A stretch of DNA of 64,000 bases, from the NCBI RefSeq assembly GCF_037042905.1, contig NC_087251.1:41170001-41234000 (forward strand). The letters run 5' to 3'. A program made the position numbers and the translations under genes. The notes below the pieces were generated by a model. That model did not search any database. It was not told the DNA's origin and saw nothing but the letters and a program-made list of their open reading frames with translations. This stretch comes from Lytechinus pictus (Eukaryota). This document shows, one piece after another, positions 39,070-50,290 of the stretch (position 1 is the stretch's first letter; the number at the start of each line of letters is the position of its first letter).

Positions 39070-40008
39070 CAGGGGTTCTCAAACTACGGCCCGCGGGCCG
39101 GATCCGGCCCGCGGAGCTTCTCTATCCGGCCCGCGAGACGCTGCTGGGTTTTTTTATCACTTATAAGTCCCAATATTAAACATAGCTCAATATGATTACA
39201 TTGTGTATCCATGAAACCGTAATAAAAGTAATGGCAGTCAAATTAATTTGACTTTTAAACAAAGTTTAATGGAGTCTTTTCTGTCTTTTCTACATTCTAA
39301 TTAGATGACCAGCGCGGCGCTTCATTGAAAAAAAATTTTCACGTCAAACGTCGGATAACACGTTGCATTTTGAAAACATGTGCGCATACATTCCAACACG
39401 CGATCAATTTGGTTAAAACGTAAACTTAATTGCCGGTTCAAGTTCTGCGGATTTTCTCAGGGGTACATTAGTCATCATTAATAATAGCCAGGTCAAGATG
39501 GCATCAAATTCTGCAAATAAAGGAAAGGTGCATGCTGAAAATCGTGCTTTCCATAAAGAATGGACAGACAAGTATGCTTTCATTTTGCCGCAATCGAGTA
39601 CAAGGCCAATGTGTTGGCCAATCTACTTTGACAAAAAAAAATATTGATAGGCCTACTACAAAACATTATCTGTCTCTTAAATTCCAGGTATGTGTTAAAA
39701 TTGACGTATAGGTACAATCTACATTCCTTTTAACAAAGTACAACAATTTTGTTGTCTATATTGACTCTTGCTGTATTTTGAAATCTTTTCTGATATTGCC
39801 TGTGTTCCATATGAAACCGTAATTATTTTTTGGATTAAATTCTCCCAAAAATAAGGGCCAGATTGCCCCAGATAGCATCTAGGACCCCGGCCGCAAGGGT
39901 CTTCGCGCTTCGCGCACATTTTTTTCCAAAAAATCCACTCACCCTGGCCCTTTCAGGTTTATTTCGAGTCTCATCTGGCCCTTCAAAGAAAAAGTTTGAG
40001 AACCCCTG
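39070..40008 (+). mobile_element. hAT Buster/SPIN-like deleted element with transposase N-terminal remnant (39498-39647)
   Basis: TIR CAGGGGTTCTCAAACT; 8-bp TSD GTCTAGGG; peptide KVHAENRAFHKEWTDKYAF..RPMC. Confidence 0.88.
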
Positions 40009-40639
40009 GTCTAGGGTAATAGTATGCAGCGCTTAGAAACATTTGTATTAAGCGCTATATAAATGTTGCATATCATTATTATTATTATCCCTTTTACATG
40101 ATTTAGGCAAGATCTTTTAGATGGAAAGTAGACTAGAAATCTCGGGGGCAAAAATTTCTGTTTCTTTCACGGTACACGCACATAAATGGGACGCAATTCC
40201 TGGCTCCGTGGAGAGTAAGCACATGTTAGTAAATGAGTTTTACACTCTAACGTTAGGAGCCTCCTGCTTGGCTAGCTACACACACCCAACACCTTCTCTA
40301 TCCACTCATTCAATGAACAAGGTTATGATATAAATAATGTCTCTATCTAACTTCTAAGACAGGTTGTGTGTACTGACGATCAATTTTAGAAAGTCATTTG
40401 GAAAAATTTACAAGCGAAGTTTCATCAATTTTTAGTACAAAATGTTAGGAAATATTATAGAGACAAAATAGAAGATGATTATAACTATTAAATTCATATT
40501 TTTAGTGTAATCCAAAGACAAACAAGAAGGCTTCAAAAATATAAAGTAGGCCTATCCGAACACCCGACCCTCGGCCCTCCATCCATGATCCTATTCCTAA
40601 AGTAAAAAAAAGAGTTAGGCCTAACTTGACTTTGTTTAC

Positions 40640-40700
40640 CTCCTTGTCCTTGAACATGTTCATGGCCTTGACCTTGTGCTTGTGACAGTGTTGGCGGCAT
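40640..40700 (-). CDS. MTR: Methionine synthase coding exon 1 (MPPTLSQAQGQGHEHVQGQG)
   Basis: ATG at 40700; donor GAG|gtaaac; phase 1 matches exon 2; N-terminus resembles vertebrate MSPALQDLSQ. Confidence 0.75.
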
Positions 40701-41898
40701 GTCTCACAAGCTGATGACAATTCAAACCAGATATTATAAGATATATTAGCAATCGAATTTTGTTCTCTGTTGGCATTGGAGACGAAACAGACAGAGCTGG
40801 TGCTGTACTTCGTATCGAAACCTTTCTTCAACCGCGCCGGGTCTGTCGGGTTGGTATTCGTAAGCGCGATGGTTCAGCGCTGCCGCGAGTTCAAGAAGAG
40901 ACTGATTGCGAAAGATGTCACGTCTATGCAATATGCCCTATGTACGTCGAGCCGGACAAATCGTCCTACATAAGAATCGCCGTAACAAAAATACTCCCAG
41001 CTCAGATCGACCCGACCCATATATACTTCAGTTGCTGCCTCATGAAAAACTTATATTTCACTTAACTATATTCAAAATACTTCTCAGATCCGTGACTTCA
41101 AATTTGGATTTATAAAGAAAGGAACAGTAAAATTAAAGAAGGCTAGCTGGCGCCGGATTTTCTGAATCAATCGAAAATCAAACAAGCATATAAAAAATTC
41201 AATCAAAATCTGGGGCCCGTTTCATAAAGAGTTACAATATTGTTTTAACTTTGCCATTATGGCAACTACCATGGCAACAGGGCTCAGCAGCCAATAAAAA
41301 TCAAGGTTACCATGGTAGTTACCATAATGGCAAAGTTGCAACTCTTTATAAAACGTGCCCCAGGTGTAAAATAAGAAAGTCATAGCTATAGGTAAATGGA
41401 TTCAGGTTTTGGCAAGGGGGAGGAGCATATAAGCAGCCAGCGGCGACGAGTATAGTCTGCAGCACATACTTTGATCAACAATCTCTCCACGCATCGACGA
41501 GCACATAAACTTGCTGTGGCAATAGGCTTCCAGTACACGTCATGAATATAGGCTGCACATTCTGACCCTTATTCTAGTGAAGCTATAGGGTTGGCACAGC
41601 AGACTAAGCCTGCATGCAGTGGTGGCGGCGCCTTTAAAAAAAAACGTAATTATCACACCCGTAAAATCATCGCGGGACTGCCGATTCCGGCGTGACAGTG
41701 TGTCGTCTAAAATGCAATATTATTTGGTTTGGTGGAGACAAAAAGGGCGGAGACTCCGGCTTACACTCCCATAGGCCTATTGTGCTCCATGAGGATAAGT
41801 ATGACTGTGTCCACCAACAACATTTGGCATTTTTGGGGCATATAGTTTATTGACCATCAGTGCAATAACTATATATTTTGCCCATTCTAAAGTAAATT

Positions 41899-43448
41899 CA
41901 TAGACGGATCCAGGGGGCGAGGGGCCCGCCCCCCCCCCCCCCCCGCTGGTGGAGCAAAAAAAAGATTTTAAAAAAGGGGGGAAAGACAAAAAAGAGTAGG
42001 GAAAAATAGCAGAAAAAAGAGAAGGAAGACGAGTGAATAAAACAAAATGAGGAGAAGACTTGGAAAATAAACAAAATCTTTCATGTTATGATTTATGAAC
42101 ATAAACAAAATTTTGAGTGGCTGTCGCAAAAGGAACTCTTCCCTCAGAGAGGAATCTTTCATTTCACTTCGCGCTTGAATTGCCTGTTTTGGTTATGGGG
42201 TGATTATATATTTTGCTCAATATACAAAACATATTTCAGTTCGAAATCGAACTTTCATTATTTTGTTTGATTTACGAATTAATTTTAAAAAGTGCTTTGT
42301 AAACATGTTAGTTTTAAGGTCAATATTAACATTTGATTTGTCAGGTAGGCCCTATTATTTTCGTGTATTCCATAAAGTTCTCAAAATATCCATATTCACG
42401 GTCGACATATCAGCTACCGATGCACGCTCTCATTTTGATTGGTGAGTTATGTATAGGCCTCAATATTCTGAACTATATTTCCTACTAGGAAGATCATGAT
42501 TTACAAAACATGGACAGAGTGTCCCGTTTCTAGGTCTAAAATCTGAATTTTCTTCAGCTCGCGCTTCGCGCTAGTATCATTGTTTAGTTACATTCCTATC
42601 CCTTTCATGATTACAAAAAGTGCCTACCGTTGGCGGATGGCACAGCCCGCCGGCCCGTGCCCCCCCCCCCCCCCATGGAAGGCACAATTGAATTTTGTAA
42701 TGTAAAGATGCCGTTAAGACAGAAGTGTGCCCCACCCCCTTTGAAATTGAAGACTTTTTTTCTGCTTGTCAAATTATTTTGTGGACGAAATACCCTTATT
42801 AATAAAACCCTTTTTTTTGCTTGTCAAAGTTTTCCTGTAAAAAATGTGCCCCCTTTCGAAAGATCCTGGATCCGCCCCTGCTTAGAATGACCATTATTTT
42901 AGGTCGGAATGACAACAATTTTCAGCTTGCGCATCGCGCATGTTACAATATTTATCGTCTTCATGGCTATAACTCGGGGGCTAACTGCAAACAGTTCTTA
43001 TCAGGCCGGAACGTTTATTCAAAATTTCTGATCGCGCTTGGCCGCGCGTTCGCAGTAATTATCTAGTTATATACATACGCATCTTGTTCGCAGGATCACA
43101 AACATTGCCCAGAATGTTAAAATTTCAGGACCAAATAGGCCTACATGAAAGTTCAAAAACAAAAATTAGATCGCGCTTCACGTCCGCTCGCACTTTTTAA
43201 ATAGGGCTTATGAGATTAGTTTTATAACAATATAGCTAAGAAGTGACAAAAATCAACTCGGCCGATCGGGAAAAATCGGGGGAAATATGGGTGAAAATGA
43301 TTTCGGGCCCCACCCCCTACTGGCGAAAGCTTGATCCGCCCCTGTGACAAATCAGTATGCACGGACACTTTCAGTGCCCCACCCCCGATTAAAAAGCAGG
43401 GACTCCCAGTGTCCCCCCAGGAAAAGAAATCCTATAACTACGCCACTG
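41899..43448. mobile_element. Nested GC-rich-ended hAT-like MITEs between the MTR and STX5 5' ends
   Basis: GATCCGCCCCTG ends near 42880 and 43344; shares GCTCGCGCTTCGCGC motifs with 59222-60522. Confidence 0.65.
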
Positions 43449-43639
43449 ACATCGAATTATTGATTAAGGGTTATATTGTCTCTTTGGAAATAGTAGGGTC
43501 AATGATTGAAGAAAATTTTGGTAGCTTTGGATAAAAAGAAATGGAGGTAGAGGCCACATAGGCCTACTTTTCGTTTAGATCGAACGATGTATATTGAGTA
43601 AAGAGAGTTTGATGAGGACGAGTTATTAGGGAGTCTCCG

Positions 43640-44219
43640 TACTATCCCATGGTACACTAGCAGCTTGCTACGTCAACTAACTCGACACTGCATACCCACT
43701 ACCTAGCTATGCATGCACTCAGCTCAGCCAGCCGGTGCGGCCACTACCACTATACCGTACACAGACAGACTGTGCGTAATTACCGGTGGCAAGTTGTGAT
43801 GATTCAACGAAGCAAGATGTTTGTAGATCTATCCTTCTAACGGTTATATTATAGTTGATAGATTGTGGCACGAGAGTCGCATCTGCATTTATTGACAAAG
43901 TTATTTTTCCTCAGATTTCGTCTGTCACAGAATTGTTCAAGAAAAGAGGAGGCTTAATCAATAGTCATCAATTCAGAGCTGGTCTTTCGTGAATGACATT
44001 TCGTCATGAATGATGTGTGAAAAAACTAACTAACATCGTCATTGAACAAGAGTCTTGAGTCAAGGAAAGAGACGTTAATTTAACAACATTGAGTAAAGGT
44101 GGTTGGTGGTTTGATGCGATTGAGTTTCTGAAGAACTTCTTGATTGTTATCTTTAAGCAGACATCTGTTTCGTTACCGAGTCTGAGCTGAAACTTTGGAG
44201 AAATTGTGTAATGTAACGT
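43640..44219 (+). promoter_or_regulatory. Probable promoter and non-coding first exon of STX5
   Basis: Unique, CpG-richer sequence upstream of the acceptor at 45316; candidate donor gtaagt at 44220; boundaries uncertain. Confidence 0.4.
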
Positions 44220-44403
44220 GTAAGTTTAAGTTAACGTTTAACTTAATAACTGTACTCTGTAGTCAGACCAAAGGCTCCACTTTGACTTATTAGTATAGTA
44301 ATATTAATGGGGATGATAGTAGAATGTCAGAAATTGGTAAAGAATCCCCAGAAACAACAGTTATTCCTGTCCAGTAAAGCACCAACTGTGCCAGCTAACA
44401 GAC

Positions 44404-44631
44404 GGAAAGAGTTCCTCAGTCTTGCGACACTCCGACTGGCGACATCGCGACAGCCACCCAAAATAACGAGATTGTCGCGACTTCCGGTCCATTCACTTCT
44501 TGTTCCTCCATCATGTTTTTTTTTAAAGAAACACTAAAAAAAAAACGATAGAGGAACAGGAAGTGAATGAACCGGATGTCTCGACAATCTGATATTTTGG
44601 GTGGCTGCCTGTTGCAAGAGGAACTCTTTCC
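44404..44631. repeat. ~230-bp fold-back/MITE upstream of the first STX5 coding exon
   Basis: ~100-bp imperfect arms GGAAAGAGTTCCTC...GAGGAACTCTTTCC. Confidence 0.7.
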
Positions 44632-45340
44632 CAGTTGGGTCCTTTCTGATGGCCCCGTTCTTCGCAAAATTTAAATATTTTGGTCACTTGAAAATGGTAT
44701 CCTATTAATTATTGCCTAACATGTTTTCTCTGGGAAAAGTTGTAAAATTTACAAAATCACTGATCATCTATTTTGTTGTTTTGAGAAAATAAGGGCCTTG
44801 AAAATATGACCCTTTTTCATCTATGTCACATGAGTTGCCTATACACATCCACACCTGAATAATTAATGATTAGATGAGTGGGCTTCATTTGTAAGGATTT
44901 GTAATGTTATTGTTTAGTTTCTCTGGGCAGTTTTCGATGTGTAGAATCTAGACATTTCATTCCTGTTTTTTTTTTTGGGGGGGGTCCACATTTTGTGCTC
45001 TTTTCAAGAATGATTACCAGTCAAAATATTTCTATTTTGGGGGGCTTTTTACATCCTGCCTAAATCTGCATTTAATAGATCAGCTTTAAAATAGTGAATG
45101 GGGATTTTCTAGGGTTTTTTTTTTATTTCCAGAGCTCTTTTGGGGCAAAATCTGAGCTCCAGTATAATTTTTCTCCCTGATTTACATTTTGATACCCCCC
45201 CCCCTTGCCAGTTATCTTGATGCAAATACTTCTTTATTCAGAATTCAATCTTTCAAGGGCAATCAATTAGAGTTATTGAGTTGCGATATCACCAGTTGCA
45301 TTGTCTGTCTTCCAGATCTTGGCAATGCCATACACCACCA

Positions 45341-45562
45341 ATGTACAATAGACGTCGACACCCTTCAACTGAAGAAAACATTAGTGAGAGCAGCAGGTTT
45401 TCCGGTAACAGTGGGTACCACCAACGCAGCGGTTGGACGGTCACTACTCACATTCCACCAGAGACTCTTTCCACGGCAGGAGGAGTAGATACTGGCGATA
45501 TGACTTGCCGAGATCGCACCCAGGAGTTCCTCTCCACCATCAAGTCCATGCAGTCAAGACAA
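45341..45562 (+). CDS. STX5: Syntaxin-5 coding exon 1 (long start MYNRRRH at 45341; short start MTCRDRTQEF at 45500)
   Basis: RDRTxEF Sly1-binding N-peptide; acceptor before 45316; donor gtaagt at 45563. Confidence 0.93.
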
Positions 45563-46103
45563 GTAAGTATCTGGAGAGGGGGGGGGGTAAACTTTTCATT
45601 ATTCATACACGTGCCACTTTCACTTTCAGAAATCTAAAATTATTAGACAATGTGTAACATTCCATTTTATTTGATGACATCACAATGTACATCACATGTT
45701 AGTCATATTTCATAATTGTTTGAATCATGTAAAGGATATGTTGGGTCAGTTCTTAATGAAATTGTGAACATACAATTTTTTTTTCTTTGGGTATCAGAAA
45801 TGGGAATATTAAAAATCTTTCATGTTATATTAACTAAATACATGTAACTGATAACTTGAATGCTTAGATCAAATACAGCTTTACTATTTTAACTGTTATG
45901 CAGTGTATATAAACCTTCGTTAAATTCTTCTTAGATCATTTGTTAAAAAATATTTGTAGTGCTTGTCCCTCTTATCTTATAAAACTTTTATTAGAGGTTT
46001 AGTCTTTTTACACATGTTAAACTTTCTTTTGAAAGTGTACCCAAGTCTTGAAATAGAAATGATAAAAGAGAAGAAACAATAATAAGACATGTTTATTTTG
46101 CAG

Positions 46104-46174
46104 GGCAATGGAGTGACAGCTAACAAACTGAATGGAAAGCCACAACAATACACAGATTTCATGAGAATTGCAAA
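46104..46174 (+). CDS. STX5: STX5 coding exon 2
   Basis: cag|GGC...GCAAA|gtaagt; YTDFMRIAK. Confidence 0.92.
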
Positions 46175-46193
46175 GTAAGTTTCTAGGCATTAA

Positions 46194-46676
46194 AGGGAAA
46201 TCCCCCCCCCCAAAAAAAAAAAAAAAAATGTTTTTAGAAGAAAAAGGAATATCAGACAAGTAGATAGGCAAAAGTTTAAACAATATTGGACAAACAGTAA
46301 GAAAGCTATGAATTTTTTAAAAGTTGTAAAAATTGGTAATCACTTATACCCTTGGAGAATTCAAATTAGCCGTATGGTGATGTCATACTGGTGTAAGGCA
46401 AGGAGTACTTTTCCATTTACTCCAATACACAAAATGGCTTTAATTTTTTTTTCGAAGGTTTTACTCTAAATTATATTTTCCTTATGAGGACATTAAAACA
46501 ATTGATTACCTTGGTTGTATTCTGATTACTGCCCTAGGGCAATTGATAAAACCACACATCCGTGATAATATTTTAAAAGTCGGAACTTTCTTATTGCTTG
46601 TCTGCTTTCACCATTCTATTTACTTATGTTTTTTTCCCTCTCGCACAACTTATTATGACCAAGGTTAGCTTCCCCA
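46194..46676. mobile_element. Kolobok-like MITE family B, degenerate
   Basis: Aligns to 35137-35731. Confidence 0.7.
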
Positions 46677-47227
46677 TAATCATTTTCATGTGCAGAGTTG
46701 ACCAAATAGTCTGTAGAATATATCTGCCCCTGCTCGCAAAGAACATGAGGGATTGCTAATTTGCTAAATTTCACCTACTCTTTCTTTATTCATATTTTAT
46801 ATTGTTATGTACATACATGTATGTCATTTTGTTATATTGCATTATGTAATGTTTATATTGATTTGTAAAATATTTTCTAATATACTTTTAAGGAGGTGTG
46901 AAATGAAAAAGAATTGAATTTAAATCTAAATTATATCAAATTCAGTTTCTCTCCACCCTTTTGCATGTATTTTCATGCCCATTTAAGATAGAAGTATGTT
47001 TTATTATTAAGAGACCACTATAAATAATTCAATTCAATAGAAAATAAACAAACAAAATTGTTTCCATGTACTAAATATCAAATTCATCTTAGTTTTGAAT
47101 GATGTTTTTTTGCATGTTTTTAATCTTATCTTCAAATTTAAAATTGACTTTACATGTTAATGTATAAATACAGATGTTTATGAACATTGCACCGATATTC
47201 TTTCATATTTTTTTACTTCCATTTTAG

Positions 47228-47283
47228 AAAAATTGGCAAGGATCTGAGCAATACATTCTCAAAACTTGAAAAATTAACACTAT
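47228..47283 (+). CDS. STX5: STX5 coding exon 3 (KIGKDLSNTFSKLEKLTL)
   Basis: Habc motif; AG/GT. Confidence 0.95.
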
Positions 47284-47779
47284 GTAAGTAGATTCTTTCA
47301 TTGTATTTAATGTGGATATTACTCTTAAGGTAGTGCAATCCCCTTATGATGTTTTTTACTATATTTATCAATCTAATTTTGCTTAAAAACATCTCAATAA
47401 GTTCTGAGAGAGTGTGTGGCTTGACACTGGTACTCTTGAATGCAACTTTTTTTCCTGAGGGTTGTAGCCCAAAGTCACATCACTGAGGGCATTACCGAAT
47501 TAAAGTTTGGCCAGTCTGTCTTGCAACCAGGTATGTTGGTTTATATCTGTCATCTTTGCTGAAAGGCACTCTCCACCTTAAATCTTACATCTTGAAATGG
47601 ATGCTATGGACTACCTCATGCAATGTCATGTGATTGTATGATTTCATTGATATAAATGCTCATATCTCCTATGCATCCATGGTTACTAGTTAGTACAAAA
47701 ACTAATATATGTTACAATACCAGGCATATTTGAATTTGATTAACCCTCTTTTTCACTTTGCTTTTCATCTTTTAATCAG

Positions 47780-47892
47780 TGGCCAAAAGGAAATCATTAT
47801 TTGATGATAAATCTGTAGAGATTCAAGAACTCACATACATCATCAAACAGGATATCAATAGTCTAAACAAACAAATTAGCAAATTACAGCAG
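47780..47892 (+). CDS. STX5: STX5 coding exon 4 (AKRKSLFDDKSVEIQELTYIIKQDI)
   Basis: Highly conserved motif; AG/GT. Confidence 0.96.
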
Positions 47893-48383
47893 GTAAGAAA
47901 ACTACATTATTCAATTTCAATTTAGTCACTGGAGCAGAGTCTAATTTTCAACTTAAAAAGTTGGCATTTGTTCCAAAAGCATTTCAATCCTCCACCCCTA
48001 ATACACAAAGTTACTGGCAACACATGTAGGTCTAGCCTTCAAATCAATTCTGACATACAAGAATTCATAATTCATGAGATTTGCAAGCACCTTAACGCAT
48101 ATTATATTTTCTTTTACAAATTTGTTTTATCATGTGCGATTGTGAACTTGATATCTCAAGAACTACATGTAGTTTATGAACATTTATGAAACATAATTAG
48201 GTCCAATATTAGTGACACTAAAGATAGGAGTCATACGGCTCTTGAATCAGTGAAATTAGCTTGTGAATACCACATGTATCTCAAGAACCAGTCATTAGAT
48301 TGTCACAAACTCCAGCTATGTCCAATATGAATGACCCACAATCTTTTTGTATTTTCGTTACATCCTTACTCCAGTAATATTAA

Positions 48384-48975
48384 AGGTCAAGTCCACCACA
48401 GAAAAATGTTGATTTGAATCAATAGAGAAAAATCAGAAAAGCATAATGCTGACAATTTCTTCAAAATTGGATGTAAAATAAGAAAGTTGTGAAATTTTAA
48501 AGTTTTGCTTATTTTTCACAAAATAGTTATATGCACAATTTTGTCACATGCAAATGAAAGAATCGATGATGTCCCTCACTCACTATTTGTTTTTTATTGT
48601 TTGAATTATACAATATTTCAATTTTTACAGATTTGACAATAAGGACCAACTTGACTTCAGGAACCATAAAATGTTAATGGCAATTCCACATGTTCAGGGC
48701 AAAATAAAACTTTGTTTCTCAGGACAGTGAGGAGAAAATTAGAATATTTCATGTAATAAAATACAAAAGAAATAGTGAGTGAGTGATGTCAGCAGTTCCC
48801 TCATTTGCATATCAACCGGGATGTGCATAAAACTATTTTGTGAAATTAAGCAAAACTTAAAAATGTCATAACTTTCTTATTTTACATCCGATTTTGATGA
48901 AATTTTCAGTGTTGTTGTGTGTTGGATTTTTCTCTTTTAATTCAAATCAACTTTTTGCCAGGGTGGACTTGACCT
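48384..48975. mobile_element. Kolobok-like MITE family A
   Basis: TTAA flanks; TIR AGGTCAAGTCCACC. Confidence 0.8.
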
Positions 48976-49274
48976 TTAAGAACTAGTTTATGAACATTTA
49001 TGAAACATAATTAGGTCCAATATTAGTGACACTCATGATTGTTTTGTGTAATAATGCTCATTAATCAGTGAAATTAGCTTGGGAATACCACATATATCTC
49101 AAGAACCAGTGATTAGATTGTCACAAACTTCAGCTATGTCCAATATGAATGACCCACAGTCATTTTGTATTTTAGTTACTTTTTTGGTTCTTACTCCAGT
49201 AAAGTAGCTAATGATCTAGATTGTATGTTCTTATGTTGTTTACCTATTTTGTATGTTTTATTTTTTTCTTTCAG

Positions 49275-49403
49275 CATGTCAAAGGAAGTTCACAAAATGG
49301 CCGTCACATGCAATCACATTCGAATACTGTGGTTCTCTCGCTTCAGTCTCGATTAGCCAACATGTCAAATTCATTCAAAAATGTTCTAGAAGTTAGAACT
49401 CAG
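49275..49403 (+). CDS. STX5: STX5 coding exon 5 (HSNTVVLSLQSRLANMSNSFKNVLEVRTQ)
   Basis: Conserved motif; AG/GT. Confidence 0.96.
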
Positions 49404-49649
49404 GTAAATAGACTTAACTATTATCTTGGTATTGCTTTATGCCAAGATTGAACATTATCTTTTTTGTTTATTGAAGATTTGAGGCTTATTTTTAAGTCTG
49501 AACGTATCTTTCATAGTTTTTGCATCATATTATTTAGATTAAGTGACAGGGATGAGGAAATAGTACATTTACTTTCATTATTTCTATGATTTTGAATGTG
49601 CTATTAAACAGTTACCGGTATATTGTTTTGAGAAAATAAAAAAATATAT

Positions 49650-50004
49650 CAGGGTGCTACATAACTTTTTAGAAGCTTTTGCCCAGTTGGGCAAGTAAAT
49701 AGTTGTAATATACTTGCCCGAAAATCTATTTCACTTGCCCAAAAAATCATGAAAAAAAGTTTTACCTCGTCAAAAGAAAGTACATGTATTTTGGTTTTAT
49801 AAACCATTGACCCTTTTCTCTCTTTTGACATGAACTGATCTACCTTGTTATTGCATTTCTTTTTCCAAAGTGATTTTATCTTGCCTGCCATGACCAAAAT
49901 TAGGGTCAATATCGTATCATATTGCCCAAATCGAGCAAGTAGTTTTGGTCTTTACTTCAAAACACTTGCCCGGGCAATCAGGCAAGTGCTTATGTAGCAC
50001 CCTG
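49650..50004. mobile_element. MITE with TIR CAGGGTGCTACATAA
   Basis: 15-bp TIR; CTTGCCC subterminal repeats; TSD not preserved. Confidence 0.7.
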
Positions 50005-50210
50005 TGCATTATGCTATGCTTGTATCACCCTTCTTTTTATCGCTTTCATATACTATAGACTAGTTTAAAAAAATGATTGTTCACTTTATGTCAAAGAGCT
50101 GTATATTCTTATTAATGACACAAAATGATACTGAGACAATGTTTCCCTTCTTTGTGATCTGGCTTTGAAATGCTTGTATTTATATTTTCGATAATCCCCT
50201 TTTTTTGCAG

Positions 50211-50280
50211 AATTTGAAGGAGCAAAAATCAAGAAGAGAGCAATTTTCATCTAGTAATACGCCATCATCAGCTCGATCAA
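50211..50280 (+). CDS. STX5: STX5 coding exon 6 (NLKEQKSRREQFS)
   Basis: Conserved motif; AG/GT. Confidence 0.94.
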
Positions 50281-50290
50281 GTAAGCTTAA

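Larger units (their letters stand above)
35841..40088 (+). mobile_element. Related SINE fragmented into 35841-35914, 38452-38612 and 40014-40088
   Basis: Pieces rejoin colinearly with the 7314-7605 copy. Confidence 0.8.

Noticed and set aside
40502..41020. Long minus-strand frame broken by a single TGA (possible Sec or readthrough)
   Set aside because: No SECIS or recognisable homology; plausible by chance in a GC-richer leader.
40701..41030. Cobalamin riboswitch upstream of MTR
   Set aside because: No B12-box or conserved core motifs were recognisable; an Infernal search would be needed to exclude it formally.
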